A stretch of DNA of 64,000 nucleotides from Escherichia phage EcS1: the sequence record NC_055721.1; one strand, given 5' to 3'. The notes under the pieces are model-generated. The model searched no databases. It saw nothing but the letters and a program-made list of their open reading frames with translations, and was not told where the DNA came from. Below are positions 44,330 through 54,700 of this stretch, piece by piece (the first letter of the stretch is position 1; each line of letters opens with the position of its first letter). The position numbers were made by a program, and so were the translations under genes.

Positions 44330-44461
44330 TTTACTTTCAGGGTTACTCGAAGCTCTCAAACCTTCCGGAAAGTCGAATAAGCATCTCATCCTCTCAGAAT
44401 CCCGTGCACAGGAAAAATCTTTATTAGGAGGAGACTAAATCAATATAACCCTGAAAGTAAA
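44330..44461. repeat. 16-bp perfect inverted repeat flanking a 100-nt spacer
   Basis: TTTACTTTCAGGGTTA at 44330-44345 and TAACCCTGAAAGTAAA at 44446-44461. Confidence 0.8.
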
Positions 44462-44475
44462 CTTACTTTCGAATT

Positions 44476-44552
44476 TGGTGGGACATCATGGACTCGAACC
44501 ATGGACACCCGGATTAAAAGTCCGGTGCTCTAACCAACTGAGCTAATATCCC
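44476..44552 (-). tRNA. tRNA-Lys (anticodon UUU)
   Basis: 77 nt; anticodon arm CCGGA-CTTTTAA-TCCGG, T loop TTCGAGT, CCA. Confidence 0.8.
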
Positions 44553-45015
44553 ATAGATATTTATCTATAAATCTCTTAGCTTGAGTATGACTTATATTTA
44601 AACTTTTACTAAACTTGGTTAATGCACCTCGTTTAGTAAAATCTATTAAATTATAAGCTTCAATTCTAGAAGCAATTTCTTCTTCAGACAAAACCAAAGC
44701 ATGGTTTTCTGAAATCTTTTTACGAGATTCTGTTGTATGTGACATACCAGTAAAACCAAGAGTAGGTTTTAGTCTACCATTAGCTTTAGCGTCTTGTGCA
44801 TTTTGTTTATTTGTCGCACAATAAATGTTTTCTAATGAATAAGGACCTATATCGCCTTTACGACACATGCAATAATCCAAACTTGCTTTACCACGTAAAT
44901 GATATTTACCTGTTGATTTCCACCAAGTAAACCACTCATCAAAAGTTAGATTAAATTCAATACCACGAGCTTTGGCATGAACTTTTTGCATACGGTACTT
45001 TTCATAATCTTCCAT
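44530..45015 (-). CDS. homing-endonuclease-like protein (NUMOD3-like motif, C-terminal DNA-binding region)
   Basis: start set to ATG at 45013-45015 (MEDYEKY...); GFTGMSHTTESRKKISENH resembles NUMOD3; 3' end reads through the 5' part of tRNA-Lys. Confidence 0.4.
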   Translation of the reverse strand: MEDYEKYRMQKVHAKARGIEFNLTFDEWFTWWKSTGKYHLRGKASLDYCMCRKGDIGPYSLENIYCATNKQNAQDAKANGRLKPTLGFTGMSHTTESRKKISENHALVLSEEEIASRIEAYNLIDFTKRGALTKFSKSLNISHTQAKRFIDKYLWDISSVG

Positions 45016-45030
45016 ACAACTCTCACAAAT

Positions 45031-45106
45031 TGGCAGTGCCGACGGGATTCGAACCCGCATGGTCTCCCGTGACAGGGGAGTATATTACCAAGTCTACCAC
45101 GGCACT
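45031..45106 (-). tRNA. tRNA-Asp (anticodon GUC)
   Basis: 76 nt; anticodon arm CTCCC-CTGTCAC-GGGAG, T loop TTCGAAT, CCA. Confidence 0.75.
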
Positions 45107-45112
45107 ATTGTT

Positions 45113-45187
45113 TGGTACTCTGTAGGAGAATTGAACTCCTCTTCCCAGGTTGAAAACCTGGTGTCCTAACCGATAGACGAACAGAGC
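45113..45187 (-). tRNA. tRNA-Glu (anticodon UUC)
   Basis: 75 nt; D arm TCGTCTATCGGTTAGGACACC, anticodon arm CCAGG-TTTTCAA-CCTGG, CCA. Confidence 0.75.
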
Positions 45188-45195
45188 TAAGAATT

Positions 45196-45284
45196 TGGTG
45201 CACCGAGAAGGACTCGAACCTACGAAGCTCATTACAAGCAGGAGATTTACAGTCTCCACCCTTTGCCACTCGGGTCATCGATGC
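45196..45284 (-). tRNA. tRNA-Tyr (anticodon GUA)
   Basis: about 89 nt class-II; anticodon arm GGAGA-CTGTAAA-TCTCC, long variable arm, T loop TTCGAGT, CCA. Confidence 0.7.
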
Positions 45285-45394
45285 ATTGAAGACGTTATAT
45301 TTTATTTATATCATCGAAATGATATCGTCTTCGGCATGACTTGCTTCATTAGCAAGTCCATGTATTAATAATAACACTTAAAACTTAAAGCATA

Positions 45395-45586
45395 TTACAA
45401 ATCGCCACTTCCAACAACAGTGAATGAAGAATCAACAATTTGGTATTCACCACCACAACTGTAGCCTGATTCATTCTGTTTGGCTTCTACGGTCTTCATA
45501 GCTTCTTCAAGAGAATCGTATTCACCTTCAAGGTCGTTCAGCCCACCACGTGGGTAATAATTGTCCCACAAAAATAATTTATACAT
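45395..45586 (-). CDS. hypothetical protein
   Basis: trimmed ORF. Confidence 0.3.
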   Translation of the reverse strand: MYKLFLWDNYYPRGGLNDLEGEYDSLEEAMKTVEAKQNESGYSCGGEYQIVDSSFTVVGSGDL

Positions 45587-45788
45587 CTTCACGTTTCCAA
45601 GACATATGAATAACAAACAGACCAACAAGTAAAGCTAACATAAAACTACCAATATTTACTAAAGTAGCACCAGCAGCCATACCCATCATAGCGTAGTCCC
45701 ACTTGCCAAGTTCATCTTTAACTTCGTAGTTCTTTTTGAACCAAGTTTTAGCTTTCAAGAACAGTTCATTAACTTTTTGCATTTGCAT
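45579..45788 (-). CDS. small membrane protein
   Basis: trimmed ORF; hydrophobic helix. Confidence 0.35.
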   Translation of the reverse strand: MQMQKVNELFLKAKTWFKKNYEVKDELGKWDYAMMGMAAGATLVNIGSFMLALLVGLFVIHMSWKREDV

Positions 45789-45960
45789 TTGCAATTTTAT
45801 CCATAATGAATGATACAATACCAGATGCAAATGATGCACCTAGCACAATGATTGTTTCTTTAGTATCGATAACTCCAAGACTTCCAGCGAAGATTGCAGT
45901 ACCGACAGCTCCTAATGTTACTACACTTGCAATGTTACGAATCAGTTCACAACGTTTCAT
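45769..45960 (-). CDS. small membrane protein
   Basis: trimmed ORF; glycine-rich hydrophobic helices. Confidence 0.35.
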   Translation of the reverse strand: MKRCELIRNIASVVTLGAVGTAIFAGSLGVIDTKETIIVLGASFASGIVSFIMDKIANANAKS

Positions 45961-46021
45961 TTTACATCTCCATTTAGTTTGTAGGAGTACTATACCATGT
46001 TCAAATGGAGATGTAAACACC

Positions 46022-46933
<912 letters not shown>

Positions 46934-46934
<1 letters not shown>

Positions 46935-47623
46935 TATATTACCTTTTTAATTTGTTCAAATAGTTGTTCTAAAGTACCAGTGTTCATTATAACACTGTCA
47001 CCAGGAGAAATTGGAAGACCTGCTTCAGTTATGTGCTGGTCTGTATTTTGATCGGTTTCAGGACGAACTACATGAATAATCGTAGCACCCATCGCCCTGA
47101 GCGAATCAATTTCGTGCACTTGACGGACATCAGGAATAACATAATAGTTATAACCTGAATAGAAGTTATCAAGATAGTTTTCTGTAAATAATTTAACCCA
47201 ATACATACGGTCGAGTTTATTAACAATCACATCAGTCCCAAGGGTCTGCATGAGACGACGGATTGTCCATTCCTCTACATTATTATTTAATACAGAAGAA
47301 ATCGCATCTTGGACTTTACTATCATATCGAGTGTATCTGAAATTGAAAACTTCATGAAGGACTTCAATACATTCATGCAGAAGAACACACACATCTTCAT
47401 TGTTTATAGGAAGGACCATTTCACGATCTATGCCAGTTCCTTCCCAATCACAATATAGTAACTGATGTAGTTCATTGATACCAGAGCGTTCCCAGGCACA
47501 CCTAAGAGCATACTTAATAGGCATAGCAAGTTGCCATTTCAAAGAACTAAAATTTTCAGTTATGTAATCAGCCGTAGTATCTTTACCACTACGTTTTTTA
47601 CCCACAATCACTAAGAGTTTCAT
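46934..47623 (-). CDS. 1: deoxynucleoside monophosphate kinase (gp1)
   Basis: 229 aa; N-terminal P-loop VGKKRSGKDTTADYI as recalled for T4 gp1. Confidence 0.8.
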
Positions 47624-47624
47624 A

Positions 47625-48212
47625 TTACCTCATTGATGGATGCATAGCCATTCTGGCCTCTATATTACTTTGCGCCGCAGAATCAATCTGAGGACGACCT
47701 TGTACTATTTTACCATCAATTTCAACTTCAAAATATTTGTATTGGAATGTTGCTGTAGAAACAATTGCCGGGTCGCCATCTTCAGCATAGTTAAATTCAA
47801 CTTCGGTTAAATCTGATGGCCAAGCACCATAATAATGAATGGACATCACGATACTAGTTTTCTTATTGTCAAGGATATGTAGAGTTACCGCTTCAGGCTG
47901 TCCCTTTGGATGCCAGGCGGTGCTCTCGTGTGTAGAATAGTTATTGAGTGTTAACATCCATTTATAGATGTCGAGCCAACTGACGAGTTCCCTGTCCACT
48001 AGGAAGCGCACGACCAAAGGGTCAAATTCTATAGTTGAACCTGGTAGATTAGCACGGGCTATACCTTGAGTACCTGAAGGCACGTTTGATGGCGGAATAT
48101 GAATCCCAGGAATCAAAGCCATTTGTACATTCATTTTGAATGTTTCAGTTAATCCTGAATCAGCTACTTCAAGAATAAAGTTAGTTGTATTTGTTTGGTT
48201 AGATAATGACAT
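47625..48212 (-). CDS. 3: tail completion / sheath stabiliser gp3
   Basis: 195 aa; synteny 1-3-2-4. Confidence 0.6.
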   Translation of the reverse strand: MSLSNQTNTTNFILEVADSGLTETFKMNVQMALIPGIHIPPSNVPSGTQGIARANLPGSTIEFDPLVVRFLVDRELVSWLDIYKWMLTLNNYSTHESTAWHPKGQPEAVTLHILDNKKTSIVMSIHYYGAWPSDLTEVEFNYAEDGDPAIVSTATFQYKYFEVEIDGKIVQGRPQIDSAAQSNIEARMAMHPSMR

Positions 48213-48306
48213 AGTTCCTCCAGGGCCGAAGCCCTGTTTGCTAAATTATAATGACGGTATAATGGTTTTAGGTCTTTAAAACAGGGTGATTCAGTTGGTG
48301 ATAGAA

Positions 48307-49149
48307 TTAAGAAGACCAGACTTTGGTTGCTGAATAACGCTTACCTTGAGACATAAATTGCTGAGTTGGTAACATAACGACATTAGCCCAATCAGAAGGT
48401 TTTATTTCAATCAACTTTCCTTTTATATTGCCTGGAATATAGGCTTTAATCATCTTATCTGCACCAGCAAATCCTTTCACAGAAGACCAATCAATTTTTA
48501 ATTTAGTATTATTAGTTATCGTAGGTGTGCTTGCATATTGCTTCAGCAATTCTTCTAAGAACTGTTGACGAGCCTTAGGTGGAATATAGTGCAAGTTCAA
48601 ACCATACATTAAATGACCAGTAGTACCTGAACCACGTCCTAGATAAATGATAAGTGGATACTTATCCCAGAATGGAAGAGTATCTTTATGCTTTGCATCG
48701 TAGATGTAAGCATATAACTTACCAGCCATTGGTTTGGTTACTTGGTGACCACGCACGTTCTTTTTAATAGTTTCAGCAAACCATTTAGCTGATTTATTAT
48801 TGACTGCAGCACCTTCGTTAGCGAGTTTATCTCGAATCGAAGTACGAAAACTATTAATCATTAAAACTTGACGTTCTTGCTTAGTCATTTTATTAGGAGA
48901 TTTCTTTCCTAAATCATCAACTTGTAAAGCAACCTTGATTCGCGAAGCGTATCGAGACATCGATTTAGTAAATGTAGCATAATTGATACCACGTTCGTCT
49001 GCGAATGCTTTAGCTGTTACACCTTTACGCTTTTCTTTTTGATACTCTACACCAATCTTAACCCATTGTTGTTCTGATTTCGTAGCTGGTCTTAATGGTT
49101 TAGCAACTGATTCGTTTATTAATTGAAAAATAGCCATTATCCTCTCCAA
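48307..49149 (-). CDS. 2: DNA end protector gp2
   Basis: 280 aa basic protein; synteny and size. Confidence 0.6.
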   Translation of the reverse strand: MERIMAIFQLINESVAKPLRPATKSEQQWVKIGVEYQKEKRKGVTAKAFADERGINYATFTKSMSRYASRIKVALQVDDLGKKSPNKMTKQERQVLMINSFRTSIRDKLANEGAAVNNKSAKWFAETIKKNVRGHQVTKPMAGKLYAYIYDAKHKDTLPFWDKYPLIIYLGRGSGTTGHLMYGLNLHYIPPKARQQFLEELLKQYASTPTITNNTKLKIDWSSVKGFAGADKMIKAYIPGNIKGKLIEIKPSDWANVVMLPTQQFMSQGKRYSATKVWSS

Positions 49150-49586
49150 CCTATTTTCTTCAATCCATCCTCAGTTAGAACTCTAAAGATGATACCCATT
49201 TTATCTGCTGTAGCTTGAGCAGCTTTCCATTTATCTTGATTCACACTCCATGTATAAACTTCATTGATATATCGTTTTTTAGCTGCTGTAGTAAGCTTAA
49301 CAGGCGTAGGTGGAGCAGTTGTTTCTTTCTTAGGCTTCACCTCAATGAAGAATTGTTTACCGTCTTGTGTTTTGAACCAAAAGTCCATAAAATAACGGCG
49401 CTTCTTTCCTTCAGCATTACAGAAATAAGGAATCACAACCTCTTCAGAGTTCCATTGAATTACTTCATTGTTATTATCTAACCATTTCATGAAGTAATGC
49501 TCCCAAGAAGAACGGTATGTAATCTTTCTGAAATCGCCTTTATATTTTTCTAATTTAGTTGGCAGAAACTTCCCGCTATAGGCCAT
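49137..49586 (-). CDS. 4: head completion protein gp4
   Basis: 149 aa; synteny, divergent from gp53. Confidence 0.65.
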   Translation of the reverse strand: MAYSGKFLPTKLEKYKGDFRKITYRSSWEHYFMKWLDNNNEVIQWNSEEVVIPYFCNAEGKKRRYFMDFWFKTQDGKQFFIEVKPKKETTAPPTPVKLTTAAKKRYINEVYTWSVNQDKWKAAQATADKMGIIFRVLTEDGLKKIGWRG

Positions 49587-49596
49587 AATGCCTCCT

Positions 49597-49604
49597 TATA
49601 AATA
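49597..49604 (+). promoter_or_regulatory. T4-type late promoter TATAAATA (for gp53-gp8 operon)
   Basis: exact TATAAATA about 30 nt upstream of the gp53 ATG. Confidence 0.65.
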
Positions 49605-49614
49605 TTCATATACT

Positions 49615-49622
49615 TATTTATA
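49615..49622 (-). promoter_or_regulatory. T4-type late promoter TATAAATA (for gp4)
   Basis: exact TATAAATA on minus strand about 29 nt upstream of the gp4 ATG; divergent pair with the plus-strand promoter. Confidence 0.6.
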
Positions 49623-49634
49623 AATGGAGACTCT

Positions 49635-50210
49635 ATGATCTTTTCATTTTTTGACCCAGTCTCATACCAGGCAAAAACTGTCGATGTGAATGCACCAGTT
49701 GTTAAGCTAACGGATATTTATCGAGACTACCAAACATACTTCAATCGTGTGATCGCTAAATTCAAATTAAAAACATATTACATTAGTGGTGCTCCACGCC
49801 CTGAAGAACTAGCTAACATTCTTTATGGTAATACTCAATTATATTGGGTCCTACTGATGTGTAATGCTAATTTCGATCCGTTCCATGGTTGGATTACATC
49901 TCAAGAAGCAGCATATCAATCAGCAATCCAAAGATATCAAGATGTTGGCGGCGAACAAGTTTTATACCATATTGATGCCCTAGGCGAACTCTGGTATAAC
50001 TTAGTTGAAGACCCAGCGAACCCAGGTAATTGGTATGATAAAGGCGATAAGCTTATGCGATATAGACAATATCAAGGGCCTTTAGCGGCTGTAGATACTT
50101 ATGAAGATGCTATTCGTAAGAATGAACACGCTCGCGAAATTAAAATAATTGACCCTAATGATATTGAGTCGTTCCTTTCCGGATTAATTAGAGAAATGGA
50201 AAAAGCATAA
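49635..50210 (+). CDS. 53: baseplate wedge protein gp53
   Basis: 191 aa; synteny and size. Confidence 0.7.
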   Translation: MIFSFFDPVSYQAKTVDVNAPVVKLTDIYRDYQTYFNRVIAKFKLKTYYISGAPRPEELANILYGNTQLYWVLLMCNANFDPFHGWITSQEAAYQSAIQRYQDVGGEQVLYHIDALGELWYNLVEDPANPGNWYDKGDKLMRYRQYQGPLAAVDTYEDAIRKNEHAREIKIIDPNDIESFLSGLIREMEKA

Positions 50211-51937
50211 TGTTGAATATGAATACACACGTTGAGTGGTTCGTTGGCGTAGTTGAAGATCGAATGGACCCTCTAGAACAAGGCCGTGTACGCACCCGTG
50301 TATACGGTCTACACCCTTACCAGAAAACTCAAGGTAATATCTCTGGTGTCCCTACAGCAGAATTACCATGGATGTCTATCCTTCAAGGAACAAATTCAGC
50401 AGCTATTTCAGGCGTACAATCTGCAATTACCGGTATGGTTGAAGGGACCCATGTCTTTGGTCTTTGGTTAGATGAATATAAATTGAACGGTTTAATTATT
50501 GGAACATATTCATCTAATTCAAAAACAAAACCGAACTTTAATGAAGGCTTCTCTGACCCAACAGGTCAGTATCCTCGTTATTTAGGTAATGACACAAACC
50601 CATTAAACCGTGGTGGAGAATCGGGTTTTACATCAACACCAAACGTTATTCAAGATGCGAATTTAGACACAGGCATTAATCCAGATGATACAGATTTATC
50701 TGATATTCCTGAAGATGATAACCCAGACTATACAATCCAAGCAATGCTTCGCCGTGATGAAGGACTCAGATTAAAAGTGTATTGGGATAGTGAAGGATAT
50801 CCTACTATTGGTATTGGTCATTTAATAATGACAACCAAAACACGTAATATGGATGAAATCAATAAAGCATTAAGTAATCAAATAAAACGTGAAGTTAGAG
50901 GTAATCCTGGCTCAATCTCTATGGATGAAGCAGTTTCTTTATTCCAACAAGATTTAAAAAAGATGCAGGACGATATCACTAAAAATTCCACTGTTGGTCC
51001 TGTTTATGCTAAAATGAACAAATCCCGTAAAATGGCTCTTGAAAATATGTCATTCCAAATGGGCGTAGGTGGGTTAGCTAAATTTACTAATATGTTAGCT
51101 GCTATGTTTATCGGTGATTGGACTACAGCTTATAATGAAGCAAGAGATTCAACATGGTATAACCAAACTAAAGGCCGTGCATCAAGAGTATCAATGATTA
51201 TTCTTGTAGGCAACATGGAATCATATGGCATTCCTGTTTCAACTTCAACACCTAAATCATTATCGGCAGCAGCGACTGTAAGAACTAGTTCTGACCCTAG
51301 TGACCCATGGACTCCTACTGATTCTCGTATTCTGTTTAAAGAACCTATAAGTTCATATAAAGGACAATATCCTTATGTCCAAAGTATGGAAACTGAAGGT
51401 GGTCATATTCAAGAGTTTGATAATACTCCAGGACAAGAACGTTATCGCTTAAGTCATCCTACAGGAAGTTATGAAGAAGTTGCTCCTGACGGACGCAGAA
51501 CAATTAAAACTGTGGCTGACGGTTATTACATCACTAATGGTGACGGGAATACTTTAATTTCAGGTGACAATAAAGTCAACGTTGGCGGTGATGAAGTTTA
51601 TTACAACATGTCCAGCAGACGTCAACAAATTGACGGAAACCAAGAAATCTTTATAAGAGGAAATGATACTTGTACTGTTGAAGGCGATGGGACTTTAATT
51701 GTAAAGGGTAACATCAAAATTGTCGTAGAAGGTGATGCTGATATAGAAGTTCAAGGTAATGCCAAGTCTCATGTTGTTGGCAATCATGAATATACTGTAG
51801 ATGGGAATCTTGTTTGGAAAGTTGCTGGAACAGTTGATATGCAGGCTGGTGGCGCATGGACACAAACAATGGCTTCGATGTCTTCTAAAGCAGCTGGACA
51901 ATACACAATCGACGGTTCACGTATCGATATAGGCTAA
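50210..51937 (+). CDS. 5: baseplate hub / tail lysozyme gp5
   Basis: 575 aa; internal lysozyme domain YWDSEGYPTIGIGHL, C-terminal beta-helix repeats (VxGxxxxxV). Confidence 0.9.
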   Translation: MLNMNTHVEWFVGVVEDRMDPLEQGRVRTRVYGLHPYQKTQGNISGVPTAELPWMSILQGTNSAAISGVQSAITGMVEGTHVFGLWLDEYKLNGLIIGTYSSNSKTKPNFNEGFSDPTGQYPRYLGNDTNPLNRGGESGFTSTPNVIQDANLDTGINPDDTDLSDIPEDDNPDYTIQAMLRRDEGLRLKVYWDSEGYPTIGIGHLIMTTKTRNMDEINKALSNQIKREVRGNPGSISMDEAVSLFQQDLKKMQDDITKNSTVGPVYAKMNKSRKMALENMSFQMGVGGLAKFTNMLAAMFIGDWTTAYNEARDSTWYNQTKGRASRVSMIILVGNMESYGIPVSTSTPKSLSAAATVRTSSDPSDPWTPTDSRILFKEPISSYKGQYPYVQSMETEGGHIQEFDNTPGQERYRLSHPTGSYEEVAPDGRRTIKTVADGYYITNGDGNTLISGDNKVNVGGDEVYYNMSSRRQQIDGNQEIFIRGNDTCTVEGDGTLIVKGNIKIVVEGDADIEVQGNAKSHVVGNHEYTVDGNLVWKVAGTVDMQAGGAWTQTMASMSSKAAGQYTIDGSRIDIG

Positions 51938-52452
51938 TGGCTCAAATACTCCCAGTAAATACTACCCTAGATGAAGATATCGAGGGTAGTTCAATAGACA
52001 TAATGTTTACTCCTGTATTTGATACAGGAGAAAGTCTTGTCTCAATAAATATAACTGACTATCAACCTACTCCTGGTATAAATGTTGATGGAGCTCATTT
52101 ATATGGAACTTATTCAAGCGTATTTTCATTTAGTGGAGATGCATTAAGTTATAGAATAGGTGATGAATTAAAAAGTGCTTCAGCATGGGAGGACCTTCCT
52201 CCTAAAGAAGATGCTGATTTATACTTATGGAGAGCCCCCTCTAAGCTCGAGAGGACATTCACTTATACGGTTGAGTTAATCTATATGTACCAGGCTCCTG
52301 ATGTCCCTGGCGCTACAGGAAGTGACGGATCGGCTGGTACTCCAACTACGCCTCCTCCAGTTCAAAAGACCTTAACTCAAGTTTATTCAAAACGAATAGT
52401 CGGTAATTGGTCTAAATGGGCAATTCAACTTCGTAACTATGTGGTGAGATAA
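51937..52452 (+). CDS. baseplate-associated protein (5.1 position)
   Basis: 171-aa ORF with ATGA overlap between gp5 and gp5.4. Confidence 0.5.
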   Translation: MAQILPVNTTLDEDIEGSSIDIMFTPVFDTGESLVSINITDYQPTPGINVDGAHLYGTYSSVFSFSGDALSYRIGDELKSASAWEDLPPKEDADLYLWRAPSKLERTFTYTVELIYMYQAPDVPGATGSDGSAGTPTTPPPVQKTLTQVYSKRIVGNWSKWAIQLRNYVVR

Positions 52453-52745
52453 TGGCAGGTCTTTCATTCAATCAATGCGTAACTGCTGGACATGATGCTT
52501 ATCCTCCTACAGCAGTTAATGCAACGCAATCTAAAGTATTCACTGGTGGAATCCCAGTATTAGTAGATGGTGATAAAATTACACCTCATACTAAAACAGT
52601 TAAGCCTTATGACACACATGATGGCACTGTTCAACCTCGTACGTCTAAAGTGTATGTGACAGGGAAAAAGGCAGTCCAAATGGCCGATCCTATTTCTTGT
52701 GGTGACACTGTGGCTCAATCCTCAAATAAAGTGTTTATAAAATAA
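52452..52745 (+). CDS. 5.4: PAAR-repeat spike tip protein gp5.4
   Basis: 97 aa; PAAR-like pattern; same size as T4 gp5.4. Confidence 0.7.
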   Translation: MAGLSFNQCVTAGHDAYPPTAVNATQSKVFTGGIPVLVDGDKITPHTKTVKPYDTHDGTVQPRTSKVYVTGKKAVQMADPISCGDTVAQSSNKVFIK

Positions 52746-54700
52746 TGGCAACTACTCAACCAGTAAATTACCAACTGACACGTACAGTTAATGCAATCCC
52801 AGAAGCATTCGTGGGTGGAACGTTCGATGAAATTAAAAAGAACTTAACTGACTGGCTACGTGGTCAAAAAGAATTCTTGGATTATGATTTCACCGGTTCA
52901 AGAATTAACGTCCTTTTAGACCTTTTAGCATATAACACTCTTTATATGCAGCAGTTCGCGAACACGGCAATCTATGAAAGTTTTATCGGAACTGCTAACC
53001 AACGTTCTTCAGTTGTTCAGGCTGCTCAAGACGAAGGATATCTGCCTTCATCTAAATCGGCTGCACAAACAAGTATCCTTTTAACATGTACTCATGCATT
53101 GAATCAGCCTAATATTAAAATTCCACGTGGAACAAGATTCTTGGCTTATGCTCGAGATACAAGCGCCGATCCATATGCATTCGTCGTATTAGAAGACGTA
53201 ATTGCAATTAAAGACAACAAGAGCCAATACAAGCCTATTGTTAATTTAGCTCAAGGTCGTATTATTCGTACTGAATTACTTTATGACCCAACACAACCTA
53301 TTTTGATTCGCGACGAAAAGATTGACCGTAAACAAGTCAACTTATCAGTGAATGGCGTTTCATGGACTGACTGGACCAATAAATCAATGGTTCATGCTGG
53401 CTCTACCTCTACTATTTTCTATATGCGTGAAACCATTGATGGTCATACTGAATTCTTCTTTGGTGAAGGTGTTCAGTCTAAAGCTGTTGCAGGTGGCGTG
53501 TTAGAATCAAATTATATTGGTGGGTTGAAGCCAACTGCCAATTCAAGTATTGTAATCGAATACTTACGTACTGATGGTGAATCAGCTAATGGTGCAACAG
53601 ACTTTAGTTATGCCGATTCATTGCAATATATCACTGTAGAAAAAATCACTGAAAACTACGATGAGAATCCTGATTATGTAGGTGCTGATGGTGGTGGTGA
53701 ACCTGAAAATATTGAACGTATTCGCGAACTAGCCGTAGTGAAACGTGAATCACAGATGCGTTGTGTAACAGCAAGTGACTATGATACATTTGTTTCCGAA
53801 CGTTTTGGTTCTATTGTTCAAGCTGTTCAAACGTTTACTGACTCTGAAAAACCTGGTTATGCATTCATTGCGATTAAACCTAATTCTGGTTTATACTTGA
53901 CTGCAGTACAACGTGAAGATATTCAAGCTTATTTGAATGACTACAACTTGGCTCCAATTACTCCTTCAGTTATTTCACCAAACTATCTTTTCTTGAAGCA
54001 TAATATCAAGGTGTCATATGCCTTAAATAAACTCCAAGAATCAGAACAATGGTTGAGAAGTCAGGTAATTGATCAAATTGATGCTTATTACACTAAAGAA
54101 GTTGAAATCTTTAATGCTGGATTTGCTAAATCTAAGATGTTGACTTATGTCGATAATGCAGACCATAGTATCTTGGGTTCAACTGCAGTAATAACAATGG
54201 TTCGTGAAATATTGAACTTTGCTGCGACTCCTTCAGCTGGTATTAAATACTATAATCAATATACGCCGCGTTCTGTAGTTTCAAGTCCATTTGAATTTAC
54301 CCCAGTAGCTCCACTCGTTCCGTATATGGTTCGAATTGCTTCAACTGATAAAGGCGAAGATGGAATGGGTAAAATGGTAATCGGTCCATTCAGGGATGGA
54401 GATGTTAAAGAAAATGCTAACATCGTTCCTTACACAGGAACTGATTTCAATAAAATGACTGCTCCTGCAGACCAAACAAAATATTACGTCATTGGTGAAT
54501 TAAGCTATTATTCTGATTACATTTATTGGGATATTGCTAAAATTGATTTAACTTCTGCTCAATTTGAAGTCCAATCAATTGAATTATCTGCTGACCCAAT
54601 AGAAGATAATATCTTTACTAAAGACGGTTCACTTATCGTATTTGAAGACGATCTTCGTCCTCAATACACAGTTATCACAATGGAGCCAATTACTCAATGA
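52745..54700 (+). CDS. 6: baseplate wedge protein gp6
   Basis: 651 aa; synteny and size. Confidence 0.8.
   Translation: MATTQPVNYQLTRTVNAIPEAFVGGTFDEIKKNLTDWLRGQKEFLDYDFTGSRINVLLDLLAYNTLYMQQFANTAIYESFIGTANQRSSVVQAAQDEGYLPSSKSAAQTSILLTCTHALNQPNIKIPRGTRFLAYARDTSADPYAFVVLEDVIAIKDNKSQYKPIVNLAQGRIIRTELLYDPTQPILIRDEKIDRKQVNLSVNGVSWTDWTNKSMVHAGSTSTIFYMRETIDGHTEFFFGEGVQSKAVAGGVLESNYIGGLKPTANSSIVIEYLRTDGESANGATDFSYADSLQYITVEKITENYDENPDYVGADGGGEPENIERIRELAVVKRESQMRCVTASDYDTFVSERFGSIVQAVQTFTDSEKPGYAFIAIKPNSGLYLTAVQREDIQAYLNDYNLAPITPSVISPNYLFLKHNIKVSYALNKLQESEQWLRSQVIDQIDAYYTKEVEIFNAGFAKSKMLTYVDNADHSILGSTAVITMVREILNFAATPSAGIKYYNQYTPRSVVSSPFEFTPVAPLVPYMVRIASTDKGEDGMGKMVIGPFRDGDVKENANIVPYTGTDFNKMTAPADQTKYYVIGELSYYSDYIYWDIAKIDLTSAQFEVQSIELSADPIEDNIFTKDGSLIVFEDDLRPQYTVITMEPITQ

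Noticed and set aside
48215-48235. Terminator between gp2 and gp3 (AGGGC-CGAA-GCCCT)
   Set aside because: Hairpin is real but lacks a T-run in the minus-strand (transcribed) orientation; left uncalled.
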